DNA from: Octopus sinensis
Lineage: Eukaryota
Direction of reading: 5' to 3'
NCBI RefSeq assembly: GCF_006345805.1
Contig: NW_021833090.1
Location: forward strand, 1 to 59,202
Length of the DNA stretch: 59,202 nucleotides
The position numbers and the translations under genes were made by a program. Under the pieces are notes generated by a model. The model was not told the origin of the DNA. It ran no database searches and was given only the letters and a program-made list of their open reading frames with translations. Below, one piece after another: positions 11,621-23,830 of this stretch (the first letter of the stretch is position 1; each line of letters begins with the position of its first letter).

Positions 11621-13560
11621 AATATATTCAAAATGTGACCGCGCGTGTACCGTTGGCGATTTTTCTTATATATATATATATATGTATGTATGTATATATG
11701 TAATGGCAGCAATTGTAACGGTAGATATTTGATTTGGTACGCAATAATATGTTGATGTTGTGGTCAGCAGTTGTGACGATAATTATTTGTTGTTATGACA
11801 GCATGTTGTAAGATGTGTAAGATGAACAATGAATGAAGTTTTAAGGAAATATTTATTTACCGTTACATTACAATACCTTGCCTTGACGAGCAGGTTTTGA
11901 TACATCCAAAAACATGCGAAGTTTGGTTCTCTTTATGTTTAGTAGTAATTGCGGAGAGAGATAGAATGATGTTGTAAGAGAACAGAATTAGAGCTAGAGA
12001 GAGTTATAAGGTGTTGTCTCACAGTTGCTTTCTCCCTCTGACCAAGGTTGGTCAGCCAGACCTTGTTGAGTCGTCTCAATGTGACTGACTGATTTTTGCT
12101 TGGGATGTGCTTGCTTATATTAAGATCCAGAAGGATAGATATATCATTGAGAACAATAGATTTAGTTGGTGGTCTTGTTATCTATTCTAGCTTTTGGTGA
12201 AGTAGAAGCGGATAGAAAGGGTCAAGTGGTGAAGACATTCTTTTGGCCTAGCTAAAGGCATCTGGAAAAAGTAAAACTGCTGTCGGAGAAAAACCATTGT
12301 TCCATCGTGGGAAAAGTTCTGTAGCATAGTTGATTTAAATTTGGCTATGGTGGATCGAATCTGCTTCATGCATGCAAGATTCACTACATACAATACACGT
12401 TTTTATTTCTATAGAAAAAAATTAAACATAATCAAAATAAAACTAATAAATATAATGTTATGGTGCTCACTCAGCATAAAACAAAACTGTTGTTAGTTTA
12501 AAAGTAGATACTATAGTATCTCATAGCAAAGTACATAACTCTACTTACCTCATTCATAATAATTAGGTAGCTTAATAGTAAGAAGACATCTGTAAAAATA
12601 TTTACTTTGGCAATTCAAATGGAAATATTTAAATTTACAAAAAACAAAAAGAAAATTCTAAATCCTGATCGTGCTTATGACAAACGGATCTTTTTCTCCC
12701 AAAATTCTAAATTACAAATAAATACAAGTACAAATGCAGAGGTCATCAACCTCAAAAGCTGGCCTTAAAATGGTCTAAAAGTAAATCAATAGTTCAGACA
12801 TTATAGGCAAACATTCACAAACATTTAAAAATTACTTATTTATAAGACTACATGTATCAGAGTATATGTGAGAATGATTTTTCTGTATACATTGGCTAAA
12901 TGTGATGAATAATTCCTTAGGTGGTTATGTAATGGGTAATGAGGCTCGAATGACATTATCTCCTTCTTCATGTCAGACTGACCATCACTTTTTTGTAAAT
13001 AATTGCAGTTCCCTTCTGCTTACTGGAGGCTCTTAGCTTCTTTATCATCTACTCCTACTGCTAAGAGATGCTAAGGGGGAGACATTTATAACACAATACA
13101 TGTGACATTTACAATGCAAATAGCAATAAATAATAAATAACTCATGCATCTTTTAAATGCACAAATAGATCTACTGTCAAGAGAGCAGCAGTCGACATAA
13201 TGAAATGGGGAACAAATAGTGGATACAAGGAGGAATTTGGAATTATTGAAGCAGCAATCAGTACTGAAAACTGGTGGTTAAATATTTTATTTTGACTGTC
13301 TACAATAATCTTGAACAAAAGATTTATAAAAGCATATACAATTAGTTGATGGTAACCAACACAGAATAAAGATAAAAGCATGAGAGAAAATAATAGTTTA
13401 TAAAATACTGGGACATTTAGAGTTAAACAGTCAAAAATGGCAATTATATGTGTCAAGCAATTTATGCTTAAAGAAAGTAAGAAATAACATAGAACATGGT
13501 AAACAATAGCTGGGATGAAAATATAGATTTACTTTTGAGGAATGATATACTCTGATTGAA

Positions 13561-13890
13561 TTTCTTCTTCTTCTTGTCTTGAGATAGCATTCACTCGGGG
13601 TGGGTTGAGCTGGCTTCATTCATCCTCAATGCTGCATCTCTCACAAACGCCAACCAGGCTTGGCGATTTGAGGCTAAAGATTGCATGATCTCCAACCACT
13701 CCCTAAAGTCCAACCCCTCCTCATTGTGGTAAGGGGGTGAAACGGGAGTGTCAGAGCTGTGCTGTCGGATTGTTCTTACACCCAGCGGTATCAGGGCCGC
13801 ACCCGGCTAACGGGGCTCTAGTGAACAGAAGCGTCTGATCCAGCAACTGGCAGCTTCAACCCGTCCTGTCCCTGCGTCTGGAAAATCTAT
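13561..13890 (-). mobile_element. 5'-truncated LINE 3' end, RTE-like
   Basis: Minus strand encodes GLDFREWLEIMQSLASNRQAWLAFVRDA-stop, then a CAAGAAGAAGAAGAA tail; GC/CpG-rich relative to flanks. Confidence 0.5.
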
Positions 13891-14439
13891 GCAAACAAGA
13901 CGTTCTCCCAACAGAGATATACTTGCGGCTGGGGACCACTAGTGAACTTCCTATTCCCAAGATCCTTCAAACATCCCTTATGATTGAATTTCACAGTTCT
14001 ATTGTTAATAGCATCTAACAAAACTTGTATAATAGATAAGAAACAATCATGTTGAGATTTTGCTGGAAAACTGTAATATTGTTGAAAGCACATAAAGAAC
14101 CAGAAAATATGTTTTTAATGAGATTGTTTTTTTTTTCTGAAGCATTTGATTCTTGGGATTGTGTAAAGTCCTCATAGGTTGTATTAAAGGTGCAATCTTA
14201 GGAGACAACAATTTTGAAAACTGTTCTATGTTATACACTTGTCATCTTTTCTGGCTTGAGTGTTTTCTATTATTTTCACCTTTACATCAAGAAATGAATG
14301 TGTTTTAGAAAAAGCTACATAAAATTGTCCTTGAGAAAATACTTTCTTGTGAAGAAATAATACAACTTCATCAAATATTCATCCAAAAGAATTATTTATT
14401 GTTTACTTCATAAAGAAGCACCAAGCTCTAATTGTGGAG

Positions 14440-14865
14440 GGAACCTATGGAAAGGGTAGACCCAGGAAGATGTGAGATAAATTAGTGTGAAAGGATCTTT
14501 GGATGCTGGGCCTCACTGAGGGAATGACAAGGGATCAGGAGTTGTGGTGATTTGCTGTACTTGAGAAGATGCATCAAGCCAAGTAAAATCACTGTCATCC
14601 ATACATACAGGCCTGTCCTTTACAAGTGCCAGTGCCTCATAAAATGCACCCATGCCAGTGCTGCGTAAACACACCCATGCCAGTGGCATGTAAAAAGTAC
14701 CCTGCACACTCTGTAAAGTGGTTGGTGCCAGGAAGGGCATCCAACTGTTGAAACCATGTCACAACAGACAACTGGAATCTGGACAGCTTCCTGTCTGACC
14801 AGCTCCTGCCAAACTATCCAACCCATGCCAGCATGGAAAATTGATATTTAAATGATGATGATGAA
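14440..14865 (+). mobile_element. Degraded RTE LINE C-terminus plus 3' UTR
   Basis: GRPRK...KDLWMLGLTEGMT remnant followed by the family-B-type tail ending AAATGATGATGATG. Confidence 0.7.
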
Positions 14866-15189
14866 TGCATTCAATTACATTGAAGATGCTAAGTAAATGT
14901 TTTGGAAACTGATCTTTCTCTAAAATGAAAGTTTAGTTGGCACTCACTTGGTTTGAGTTTGATCTATGCAATTAAATTCTTTGATCCTAATCAAGTGTTA
15001 TTAATCAAGTCAGTTCAAATTGGCCAGGTTGCAGCTGACCAGGAGCAGGCTGAAGAACTATGTCAATGGAATTCTCCTTCTTCATTGTTAAATTCATGTT
15101 TCTGTTTTCATCAATGGGCTATATTTGTTATAATATTTCAACTAGTTAACACCAACTTTATGTATCAGTGAGATGTCGCTACTCAGTTT

Positions 15190-15800
15190 TTGATGTGCCA
15201 TACAGTTTGTCTCATTCTGATGAAGCTTCACATAAAAGCTGGAATGGGGTCGCTTTGTTTGGACTGGTATCAACAAAGACACTCATGAATGGACTAAGCA
15301 CTTCATCACTTTTCAGAAGGCTGAAGTCCATCATCATGTTAAACTGCCTTTTGGCACCCCTGCGACACCTATCAGACATTTCCAACTTACGCGTATCGAT
15401 ATTGTTGAAGTACTGTTGCCTTCTCAGAGTTACATACACTTTTTGACCAGCATTGATTGATTCACCAGATGGCCCAAGACTGTTCCACTGAATGATTCAA
15501 TACTGGATTGTATGAATTGGCACACTACAGTCAAGATATGAAGAGGATGTCAGTTCAAATCAAACTTCTCCAAAGAGCTGATCTGTCTTGCATGACTGCT
15601 TACCACTATGTGGTAATTGCATAATTGAGTGATTCCATCTGCAGTTGAATTCAGCTCTTAAATCTTACACAGATAGCAGTGACTAGTTAGAATACCTTAC
15701 TCTTGTTTGTCTGAATATTTCTTCTACAGTTAAAAACAGAATCAGTTGTATAACAGCTGAACTTGTCTGTGGTGATACTTTGACATTATTGGGTCAAATA
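15190..15800 (+). mobile_element. Gypsy LTR retrotransposon integrase relic
   Basis: Hand translation gives FVWTGINKDTHEWTK...IDIVEVLLPSQSYIHFLTSID*FTRWPKTVPL and later TAYH...TAELV.G. These match the Gypsy integrase zinc-binding and core regions, with stops. Confidence 0.75.
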
Positions 15801-17901
15801 GCTTTTAGAGATGTGCACAGTAAAGAACACTTGGCTCTGTTGGGATTTTGAGAAATAAGATTTGTTCTTTCTGTACATACAAAAAAAAAGTTGTCATTAC
15901 TCTGAATGATAGAATGTGGAGAGAGTTTTTGTTCTGGGCATAGTCATAACAGCAAATAAAGTGTTGTTAATTGTTTGCCAGCTACTGACTTCTAATGTTG
16001 TCATCCTTCAACTGTTCATTGCTTTTGTGTTGTCAGCTGCTGTTTGCTATCTCTGTTGGTCATCTCTTACTGTATCTGTCAATGCATCCCTAATCTCTCT
16101 GCTAAGTAATCATGGTGTGTCAACTTTTATACTGTTTGGTAGGCTCAGAAGGAAATGTGCTAAAAGAAAAGATTGTTGTTGAAGTCTATTCAACACAAAG
16201 TTGTGATTGGTTGGGTTTTGTTGATGTGTGGGCAGTATTCTGGCAAATTGAGATGCTGAGCGATTGCTGAATATTCCTGCTACAGATGTTCCAGATCCAG
16301 CTCTGTACATTGACTTCAAACCTACATGTCCAGCCTGCCACTTTTCTTTTCAAATAAATACTACTATTGTTAACAGACATTCAACAATGGTCACATTGTC
16401 TTTGTTCAAAACGATGTGATCCAAAAACCACTTCAATCACCATATTCGTATCTACATAAAGTACTTCTAATAATTTACAAGTACTTCATCATTGACATAC
16501 ATGGAAAGAAGGAATCTATCAGCATGGGCCAATTGGAATAGATCTATTTTGAAAGTGATACATCTTACTAGATCATTTTTACTCCATCATTTCAACCTTC
16601 TTCCTGTATTCTTAATTAATTGCCTGCAATTGTGAAAACAATATCAGATTCAACATCTTTTAAGTTGAGTTGATAAATAATGCTGGTTTGAGTAAGGTTG
16701 TGTGTATAGATAAAGTAAGAACAAGGAAACCAGGATTATGTGCAGCAGTTTATTCAGTCCATTAAAAAGTGTTAAGATGACAAAGCTGTAGAGATATGTC
16801 TTGAAGGAAAGACCAGAATATATACACAATGGTTTAATGTGCAGTTGGTACATAATGATGATGTATGCGAGATAGAACAAGAAAAACACATACGAAGCAT
16901 AACTTCTGCTGGAGAACAGGGACAATGTATGCGTCTAAGAAATAGCTGAGGCTGCCTGCAGAATAAAACTTGCTCTCTGCTGATGATCCAAACATGATCA
17001 TGTAAAACCCACTTCACTGAGGAAAATAGCAGGAAGGCATCCCCTATATAGCTGATGGTGGTGCACTTGGTTGATCTGTCACATGATGGGGTGGACAGCC
17101 CGTGTAATGCTTCAGGGTCTTGACCATCATGTGATGAACCAAAATGTGGACACTTAAAGGTAAGGAGACAAAAAATTGTGAACATGCTTCTGCTACAATC
17201 TCATCAAATCAATTCAATAACACCACTTCTCTTGTCGTTAAAACCAGCGCTCAAAAACGTGCACCAACTAATTTGTTATGTATAAATTATTGGTTAACTA
17301 CTACAACAACACCAGCAATAACAACAACAACAAAGTTAATTCTCATTTACAAAAAATAAATGCATTTATATCCACATTCTTCAAACTATTATTCGTTGTT
17401 CAGTCCTGTTTAACTTTTTATTTATTATTTAGAAAGGAATCAGTATAGTGTATCTCTTACTCTATATTTCTACTAATTATATCTTTTTCAATTTTATGCA
17501 TGTTTTCAACATTCCAGAGAGGTAGCTTGGTCTTCTGTTCCTTTGCCGATAATTTCACAGAATCTTTCTTACTCATTAACTCTCTCTCTCTTCCTCTGTT
17601 TTAAATTCAAGCAGATAGTTACAACACACACACACACGACTGAATGTCTTGGTCAGTTACTACTATCACAGTCGTGATTTCAGCACCCATAAGAATGTAC
17701 TGTGTCATATGACATGTTTACTTGAATGTAGCAAAGAACTGGCAAATTACATGACTGTTATTATGGGCTGTTGTCAGGAAATCTGTTTTTTTTTTTCCTT
17801 CTTTTTTTTTTTGTTTACAATGAACTGCTTGCCAGGGCCTGCTTGTCTTAGTATAAGCAGCTGCTTTCTAAATGTACAGGAGAGTCTGAACGAATGCAGT
17901 A

Positions 17902-17939
<38 letters not shown>

Positions 17940-18589
17940 TGAGTAGACGGATAACAATAAAAATAGATGATGGTTAGAGAATGGGAATTATCATCATTTA
18001 ATGTCGATTTTTAATACTGGCATGGATTGGATGGTTTGAAAGGAACTGATAAGTCAGAGGACTGCATCAATCTCTGCTGTTTGGTTTTGTATGGTTTCTA
18101 TGGTTGGATGCCCCTCCTCAGGCCAACTACTTTACAAAGTGTACTGGGTGCTTTTTAATTTGGCACCAGCAGTTGAGAGATCACCTAATAACTTGCAAGA
18201 CAAGATCCATCAATTGAGGGAATGGGGTAGTATTGAAAAGATAGTAGTATTGAAAGTTTTGAAAAGGGGTCTTGCATTAGAAAGGAAATGTGGTTGCCTC
18301 AGATGAAGAGAAAGTGGAGAGAGAGAGAGGGGAGAGTGAAAGAGAGAAGATGGTGGTGGTAGTGGTGAATAGGTCAAGGGACTGGACAGTGTGAGTGGGT
18401 GAGTTCACAAGATTGTGAAAAGAAAGTGGTAGATGGTGGTGGGTGTAATAAGTGGGCACAGGCAGAGGAAGAGATTCAATAGGGACATATTGTGTGTGGG
18501 AGGGAGTGTATGGACATGAATGACATGCCTTTATGGCCTTGATTTTTACCTGGCTGGCTGGTTGGGTTTTCTTCATATATAGCAAAATG

Positions 18590-19510
18590 TCTTATTCCTT
18601 TGTCATCTCCTTGTCTTCCTCATCCAGTGGCATCCTCCACATTTAGAGATCAGAACTTCTTTATGCAGCTGTCCTTATCCATTTGCATCCACACGACCAT
18701 ACCGGTACAGTCTCCTCTCTTGCACATTACATCTGATGCATCTTATACCCAATTTTTCTCTTAAAACATTTACACTTTGTTTTACCTGCACACTGACATT
18801 GCACATCCAGCAGAACATGTTGGCTTCATTTCTTTCAAGTCTTTGCATGTCCTCTTCTGTTACAGCTCATGATTCACAGCTGTGCAGCATAGCTGTTCAT
18901 ACACAGGCTTCAAACAATTTGTCTTTCACTCTGAGGGAGAGTAAAGTAAATAAAGTTTCCTTCTTGAGTTTATGGTTCCTGGTTTCTATGGCATATATAT
19001 TCCTCACCTGGAGCAATGTGAAATGAAGTGTTTTGCTCAAGAACACAATGCATCCAGGAATCAAAACCACAATTTTATGATTATGAGCCTAACAACCTAA
19101 CCTCTAAGCCATGTACCTCCACAACTCTGAGGGAGAGACTCTTTATTACTAACAAAGTTCTTTGAACTTAGCTTAGCTGGTTCTTTTTCTAGCAACTAAG
19201 TTTTCAGAGCGACCTCCTCTGCTGTTAACTTGGTCAGCTAGGTAACAAAAACTCTCTACAACTTCTAAGAACCCCACTTCTGAAGAGGTTTATTTCTTGT
19301 ACAGTCTTAAAGTTTATTGTACCTGCACATCTGCCACACATAAAGACTACTTTCTCTGTTAACCTTCCTGTGATTCTGCTGTGCCTCTTATGTGTCCATA
19401 GCTTGCACCAAGTTCACTATATGAAATTTCTCCCTACACCTTTTCTACATATTGAGCAAGTCCATTTCCTTGAAGAGATTAGTAATTTGTCTGCTTTTTT
19501 GATAATAATG
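18590..19510 (-). mobile_element. Degraded RTE LINE (Cys-rich finger region to C-terminus), interrupted by a SINE
   Basis: Homologous to 33700-34140 and 47346-47730 (CSICRKG..NSI.C..CKL, AML.SCES, ERNEA remnants). Confidence 0.7.
18942..19123 (-). mobile_element. Internally deleted V-domain-type SINE with 14-bp TSD
   Basis: Head homologous to 8418-8671; ACTCTGAGGGAGAG at 18928-18941 and 19124-19137. Confidence 0.7.
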
Positions 19511-20219
19511 AGTAATAGAAGGAATAATTGCAATAAAGAAGTAATGATAGGGGAGGACTGGACGGATAGCCTGGTCAGTCACATGATCATGTAAAATAAC
19601 TTTTTAAACCTTAGTTCAAGGTTTCAGATTTATTGAAGAGCATGTATATAGTAGAGTGAATATTCCATAATATATGCTGAATACTTATTTAATCTGCCTT
19701 GGAAGGATGAAAAGACACTGCTAGTGGGATCTGAACTCAGAATGAAAGAGATATACTTAATTCTTTTATCTTTTGCTTGTTTCAGTCATCAGACTTTGCC
19801 TATGCTGGGGCACCACCCGGAAGAGTTTTAGTTGAACAAATCTACATCAACACTTACTTTTAAAAAAAATTTATGTACTTATTCTCATGGTCTCTTTTGC
19901 CACACCACTAAGTTATTGGGGACATAAACAAACCAACACCAGTTGTCAAGAGTTAGGAAAGGACAAACACACACACACACATCAACCCATGCCATGATGA
20001 TGATGATAATGATATATATATATATTATATGTATATATATATATATAAATTGAGATAGGGGTTGTGAGTGCAACCCACCATGGGATAACATATATCCAAT
20101 ATACTGCCAGTAAAGCACCCAACAAAGTTAATACATAAATGTTAAGAATTGCGATGCAATTAATTCATTTATTGTATTATATGGGCAAAGGTAAAATGTT
20201 TTACCACAAATTAATAATA

Positions 20220-20810
20220 CAAAATAAGAAAATGGAGAAATACACCTTAATCAATAATCAACTACCAGATAATACCCAATCTCATAATTTATTAAACCAC
20301 TACATATGAACATCACGGTCAAACATAATAGTACAGAACAAAACAATGCACATCAATGAGTAATTTTGATACAATAAGTACAATATGTATAAGTGAATAT
20401 AAATAAATATAAATATAAACTACATCTTACAGCTGTTTCAGCCATGTAGATATGGGTATCTCATTATGCTCATATTAGCCAGGTGTGATAAGTTAATATG
20501 TGGTTATAAATGAGACACTTACAGAAATATCCCAAGGCCTCTTCAGAGATTATAAAGTACAATCTAAATATGAATATCAGAGGAGGTACACCCATACAAG
20601 AGTGGGTACATACCCAATTTATATTTATTTATATTCACGTATAAATATTGTACTTATTGTATCATATTACTCATTGATGTGCATTGTTTTGTTCTGTATT
20701 ATTATGTTTGACCTTGATGTTCATATGTAGTGGGTTAATAAATTATGTGATTGTGTATTATCTGGTAGTTGATTATTGATTAAGGTGTATTTCTCCATTT
20801 TCTTATTTTG
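20220..20810. repeat. Long inverted repeat (arms 20220-20414 and 20617-20810) enclosing a hammerhead motif
   Basis: The arms are reverse complements with only scattered substitutions over about 195 bp. Confidence 0.9.
20423..20550 (-). ncRNA. Type I hammerhead ribozyme motif with 100-nt stem II region
   Basis: AUCU-CUGAAGA-GGCC...GGCU-GAAA-CAGCUG-UA/AGAU; palindromic stem III ACAGCUGU; GUA cleavage triplet. Confidence 0.75.
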
Positions 20811-20926
20811 AATATATATATATATATAACGGGAAGCTTTATGAAAATAGACAAAAGACGAAGGCAGGTGGGAAACAAACAAACAATTGTATTAGTATGG
20901 CGCTCAGGAAATATAAATAAAACAAG

Positions 20927-20964
20927 TCTTTAACGTTTCGAGCCTACGCTCTTCAACAGAAAGA
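20927..20964 (-). ncRNA. Minimal hammerhead motif with non-canonical core (CUGUUGA)
   Basis: UCUUU-CUGUUGA-A-GAGC GUAG GCUC-GAAA-CG-UU/AAAGA; stems I and II pair, stem III is ACGU only. Confidence 0.6.
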
Positions 20965-21586
20965 TACACAGAGAGAAAAAAAACACAGAAAGAAGGAGAG
21001 AAAAAAAATGCGTGCAGTAACTAACGAATCAACATGGCGATCTGATTTCGGCCAGAGGTCAAAGATCAAACATGAGACGCGAGAGCGAAATAAGGGGAGA
21101 TAATAGGGTTGAATGACCAGCTCCGACATGAGGGTGTGTGTGTGTGTATGAGAGGTCTGGACGTGTGTATGTATAGGGTTGGTGTATGTATTAGTATGTA
21201 TTAGTACGTATTAGTATGTATAAGTGTGTGTGTATGTGTATGAGAGAGTATAAGTGCGTATGAGAGGTCTGGACGTGTGTATGTATAGGGTTGGTGTATG
21301 TATTAGTATGTATTAGTACGTATTAGTATGTATTAGTTGGTGTATGTATTAGTATGGCACATCATATATGATGTGATATGTAAAGTCGTGTGGTGTAGTG
21401 TGGAGAGAGGAGAAGAGGGGAGAGGGGGAGGAGAGGATGGGGAGAAGGAAGGGGGAAGGAGGAAAGAGGGAGAGGGGGAGAGAGAAGGGGAGTGAGGGAG
21501 CAGAGGGAAGGAGGGAGGGAGAAAGAGGGAAGAAGGGAAGGAGAGTAGGGGTGAAAGGATGAAGGAGTAGGGGTCGGGGGGGAAAG

Positions 21587-21770
21587 GTAGGTGAGGAGGG
21601 GGGGAGAGGGGGGTTAGATGAGGAGGGGGGGAGAGGGGGGTTAGATGAGGAGGGGGGGAGAGGGGGGTTAGATGAGGAGGGGGGGAGAGGGGGGTTAGAT
21701 GAGGAGGGGGGGAGAGGGGGGTTAGATGAGGAGGGGGGGAGAGGGGGGTTAGATGAGGAGGGGGGGAGAG
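21587..21770 (+). repeat. 27-bp G-rich tandem repeat, about 6.5 copies
   Basis: TTAGATG recurs at 21614, 21641, 21668, 21695, 21722 and 21749; unit TTAGATGAGGAGGGGGGGAGAGGGGGG. Confidence 0.95.
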
Positions 21771-22844
21771 TTGAGACCAAATGGCGTATAAGAGCGAAGA
21801 GAGAAGATTAATTCCTGTTCACGGCGCAAACGGGAATCCGGATGGCCTCTGTGTAAGGACAAACCGAACACAGATAGGTGTTGCAAGGAGTGACCGGTGG
21901 AGCGGAAATGGCGTGAGACCGGTGTGTCGTTCGCAAGGTGGATGTCACGAAGGTGTTCCGCGAACCGGTCAGCCAAGCGGCGTCCCGTTTGTCCGATGTA
22001 CAAGGAATGGCAGAGAGAGCAAGAGACGCAATAGATAATATTGCTGGAGGTGCAGGTGAAGGAGTGGATGATGGGATAGGGTCGATGGTGGGTGCTAGTG
22101 AGGAGGGTGGTGTTGGAGAGGTAAGGGAAAGTGCGGCAATGTGGGCGGGAGCAGGGGAACGAGCCGGGTTGGGAGGTAGGGTCAGGGAAGGAGCTATGGA
22201 CCAAAAGGTCTCGAAGGTTGTGGGCTCGTTTGAAAGAGGGGAGGGGTCGGTTAGGGAAGAGGTGTGAAGTGGACGGGTCGGACTGGAGATGACGGAAAGC
22301 TCGAAGAATGGTGCGTTGGAGAGGTAGGGTCGTGGGGTGGTAAGTGAGGGGAAAATGGAGGCGGGAGACTACAGGGCGGGTTCGGGGAGAGAGAGCAGAT
22401 ACACGGTCCACGGACCGTGCTCTGGCAAGGGCGGTGTGGATAGTGGTGAGGGGGTATCCACGTAGGGTGAAGTGGTGAGCCATACGTTGAGACTGAGTCT
22501 CAAAGTCATGGTCGTCACTACAGAGCCTACGTAGACGGAGGAATAGGGGATGGAAAGCTTGGTGTGTTCTGGGTGGGAGGAAGAGAAGTTGAGGTATGAG
22601 TGTGAGTCTGTGTGTTTGTAGTGAATGGAGGTGGTAAGAGTGGAGTGAAGAATGCTAACCGAAATGTCGAGGAAGGAGACAGAGGTGTTGGAGATAGTGG
22701 AAGTGAAGTGGAGGGCTGGATGGAAAGATTGGACGAAAGAGAGGAAGGAATCTAGATGTTCACGGGAGAGTGATATATATAAAATTAACGGAATGAGATA
22801 AAAAATCCAAGGCTATGAAAGATTTCAGACCATTTATAAAGAGG

Positions 22845-23711
22845 TCTTACAGCTATTTCTGGGATATTTTATATGTCTCTTCATCAGAGATGGTGCAAGA
22901 AAATGGTTAAGCAATAGTTATTATAGCGAAGATATGAAATACAGAGTGAAGTGCAGGAAGGAAAATAGAAGTGAGATACATAAGGATATTGTGTCTGCAG
23001 TTCCATTATTTGAGCAGAATGGTGTATATAAAAGTTTCCTGTACTTTGTGTGTGAGTTCCAATGTTTAGAAGTTATGTCCCTTGCTTGGGTATGTTGTGA
23101 AGCTGGCAAGAATTATCTTGAAGTGCGGAAAGTGTGTATTATTAATGCGGTGCTCCTGTGGGGATGGGGTGTGTGTCATATGTATAAATTTTTCTGGGGG
23201 TGTAGGTATATACATCTGTGTTTGTTGGTCTATTTTCTTTCTGTAAAGGATAAAGTCGTGGGGGTGGGGGTTATGTTAGTGTGTGGTATGCAATGTGTGT
23301 GTGTGCATTGGATCTGTGTATATGTGAGGGTACAATTTGTGCGAAGGGATATGTGTTGGTGGGAGAGACAGTTTATTTTGTGGGGTGTTCGCCTTATAGA
23401 GGTATGTGTAGACGGGTGCTTTGGTCAAACTCTTTTTGCCAGGCCCAAGGGCATTAGTGGAAGGTTGTTTGCGGAAGGTTAGGGCAGAGGATCTGTGGTT
23501 GCAATCATGGTGGGGCGTGCAGGTATGATAGAAGGTACTTACTTTCATGCGGGCAAAGGTTAACCACCTTCCGTCTGCTATTCAGGTAAACATCCAGGTG
23601 TTGGGTACCTTTTAAAATTGCTCTCTTCTCAGCCAGGCACAATCTGCACTTCCTGCTGCAATTGAAGTGTGGTTTGCATGTGAGGGGATCATATATCCGA
23701 AAAAGAAGCAC
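22845..23711 (-). mobile_element. Naiad/Chlamys-type PLE 3' end (GIY-YIG C-terminus, 3' UTR, degenerate HHR at 22845-22891)
   Basis: KCRLCLAEKRAIL...LNSRRKVVNLCPHESKYLL; AUCU-CUGAUGA...GAAA-UAGCUG-UA/AGAC with poorly paired stem II. Confidence 0.75.
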
Positions 23712-23772
23712 ACTCTAAAGAATAGAGCAGTAAAGTATTTACAAGCAGTTAAATATATGTCCTATTATAGAG

Positions 23773-23830
23773 TGACTAATGGTTTCGCATCCATGAAGCA
23801 CTAGGCCTTATAGCCAGCTCATCAGAGTCA
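23773..23830 (-). ncRNA. Hammerhead motif, core intact, stem III damaged
   Basis: UGACU-CUGAUGA-GC...GC-GAAA-CCAUU-AGUCA; the 5-bp stem I pairs, but stem III lacks the expected C-G pair. Confidence 0.55.

Larger units (their letters stand above)
20927..22771 (-). mobile_element. Penelope-like element (Neptune-like), 5'-truncated: RT C-terminus, GIY-YIG endonuclease, repeat-rich 3' UTR
   Basis: SFLDISVSI and HYKHTDSHSYLNFSSSHP upstream; ORF 21749-22483 with SNIIYCVSCSLCHSLYIGQTGRRLADRFAEH and REQELIFSLRSYTPFGLN. Confidence 0.9.

Noticed and set aside
11804-12155. Possible solo LTR on the minus strand (TG...CA, TATA, AATAAA)
   Set aside because: No matching 4-6 bp TSD and ambiguous ends.
12180-13460. 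ORFs 12187-12393 and 13142-13456 as coding exons
   Set aside because: No recognisable homology and no consistent splice phases; kept only as part of the CpG-domain hypothesis.
21349-21780. Pro-rich ORF (PPSSSNPPL)n
   Set aside because: Translation of the 27-bp tandem repeat in a PLE 3' UTR.
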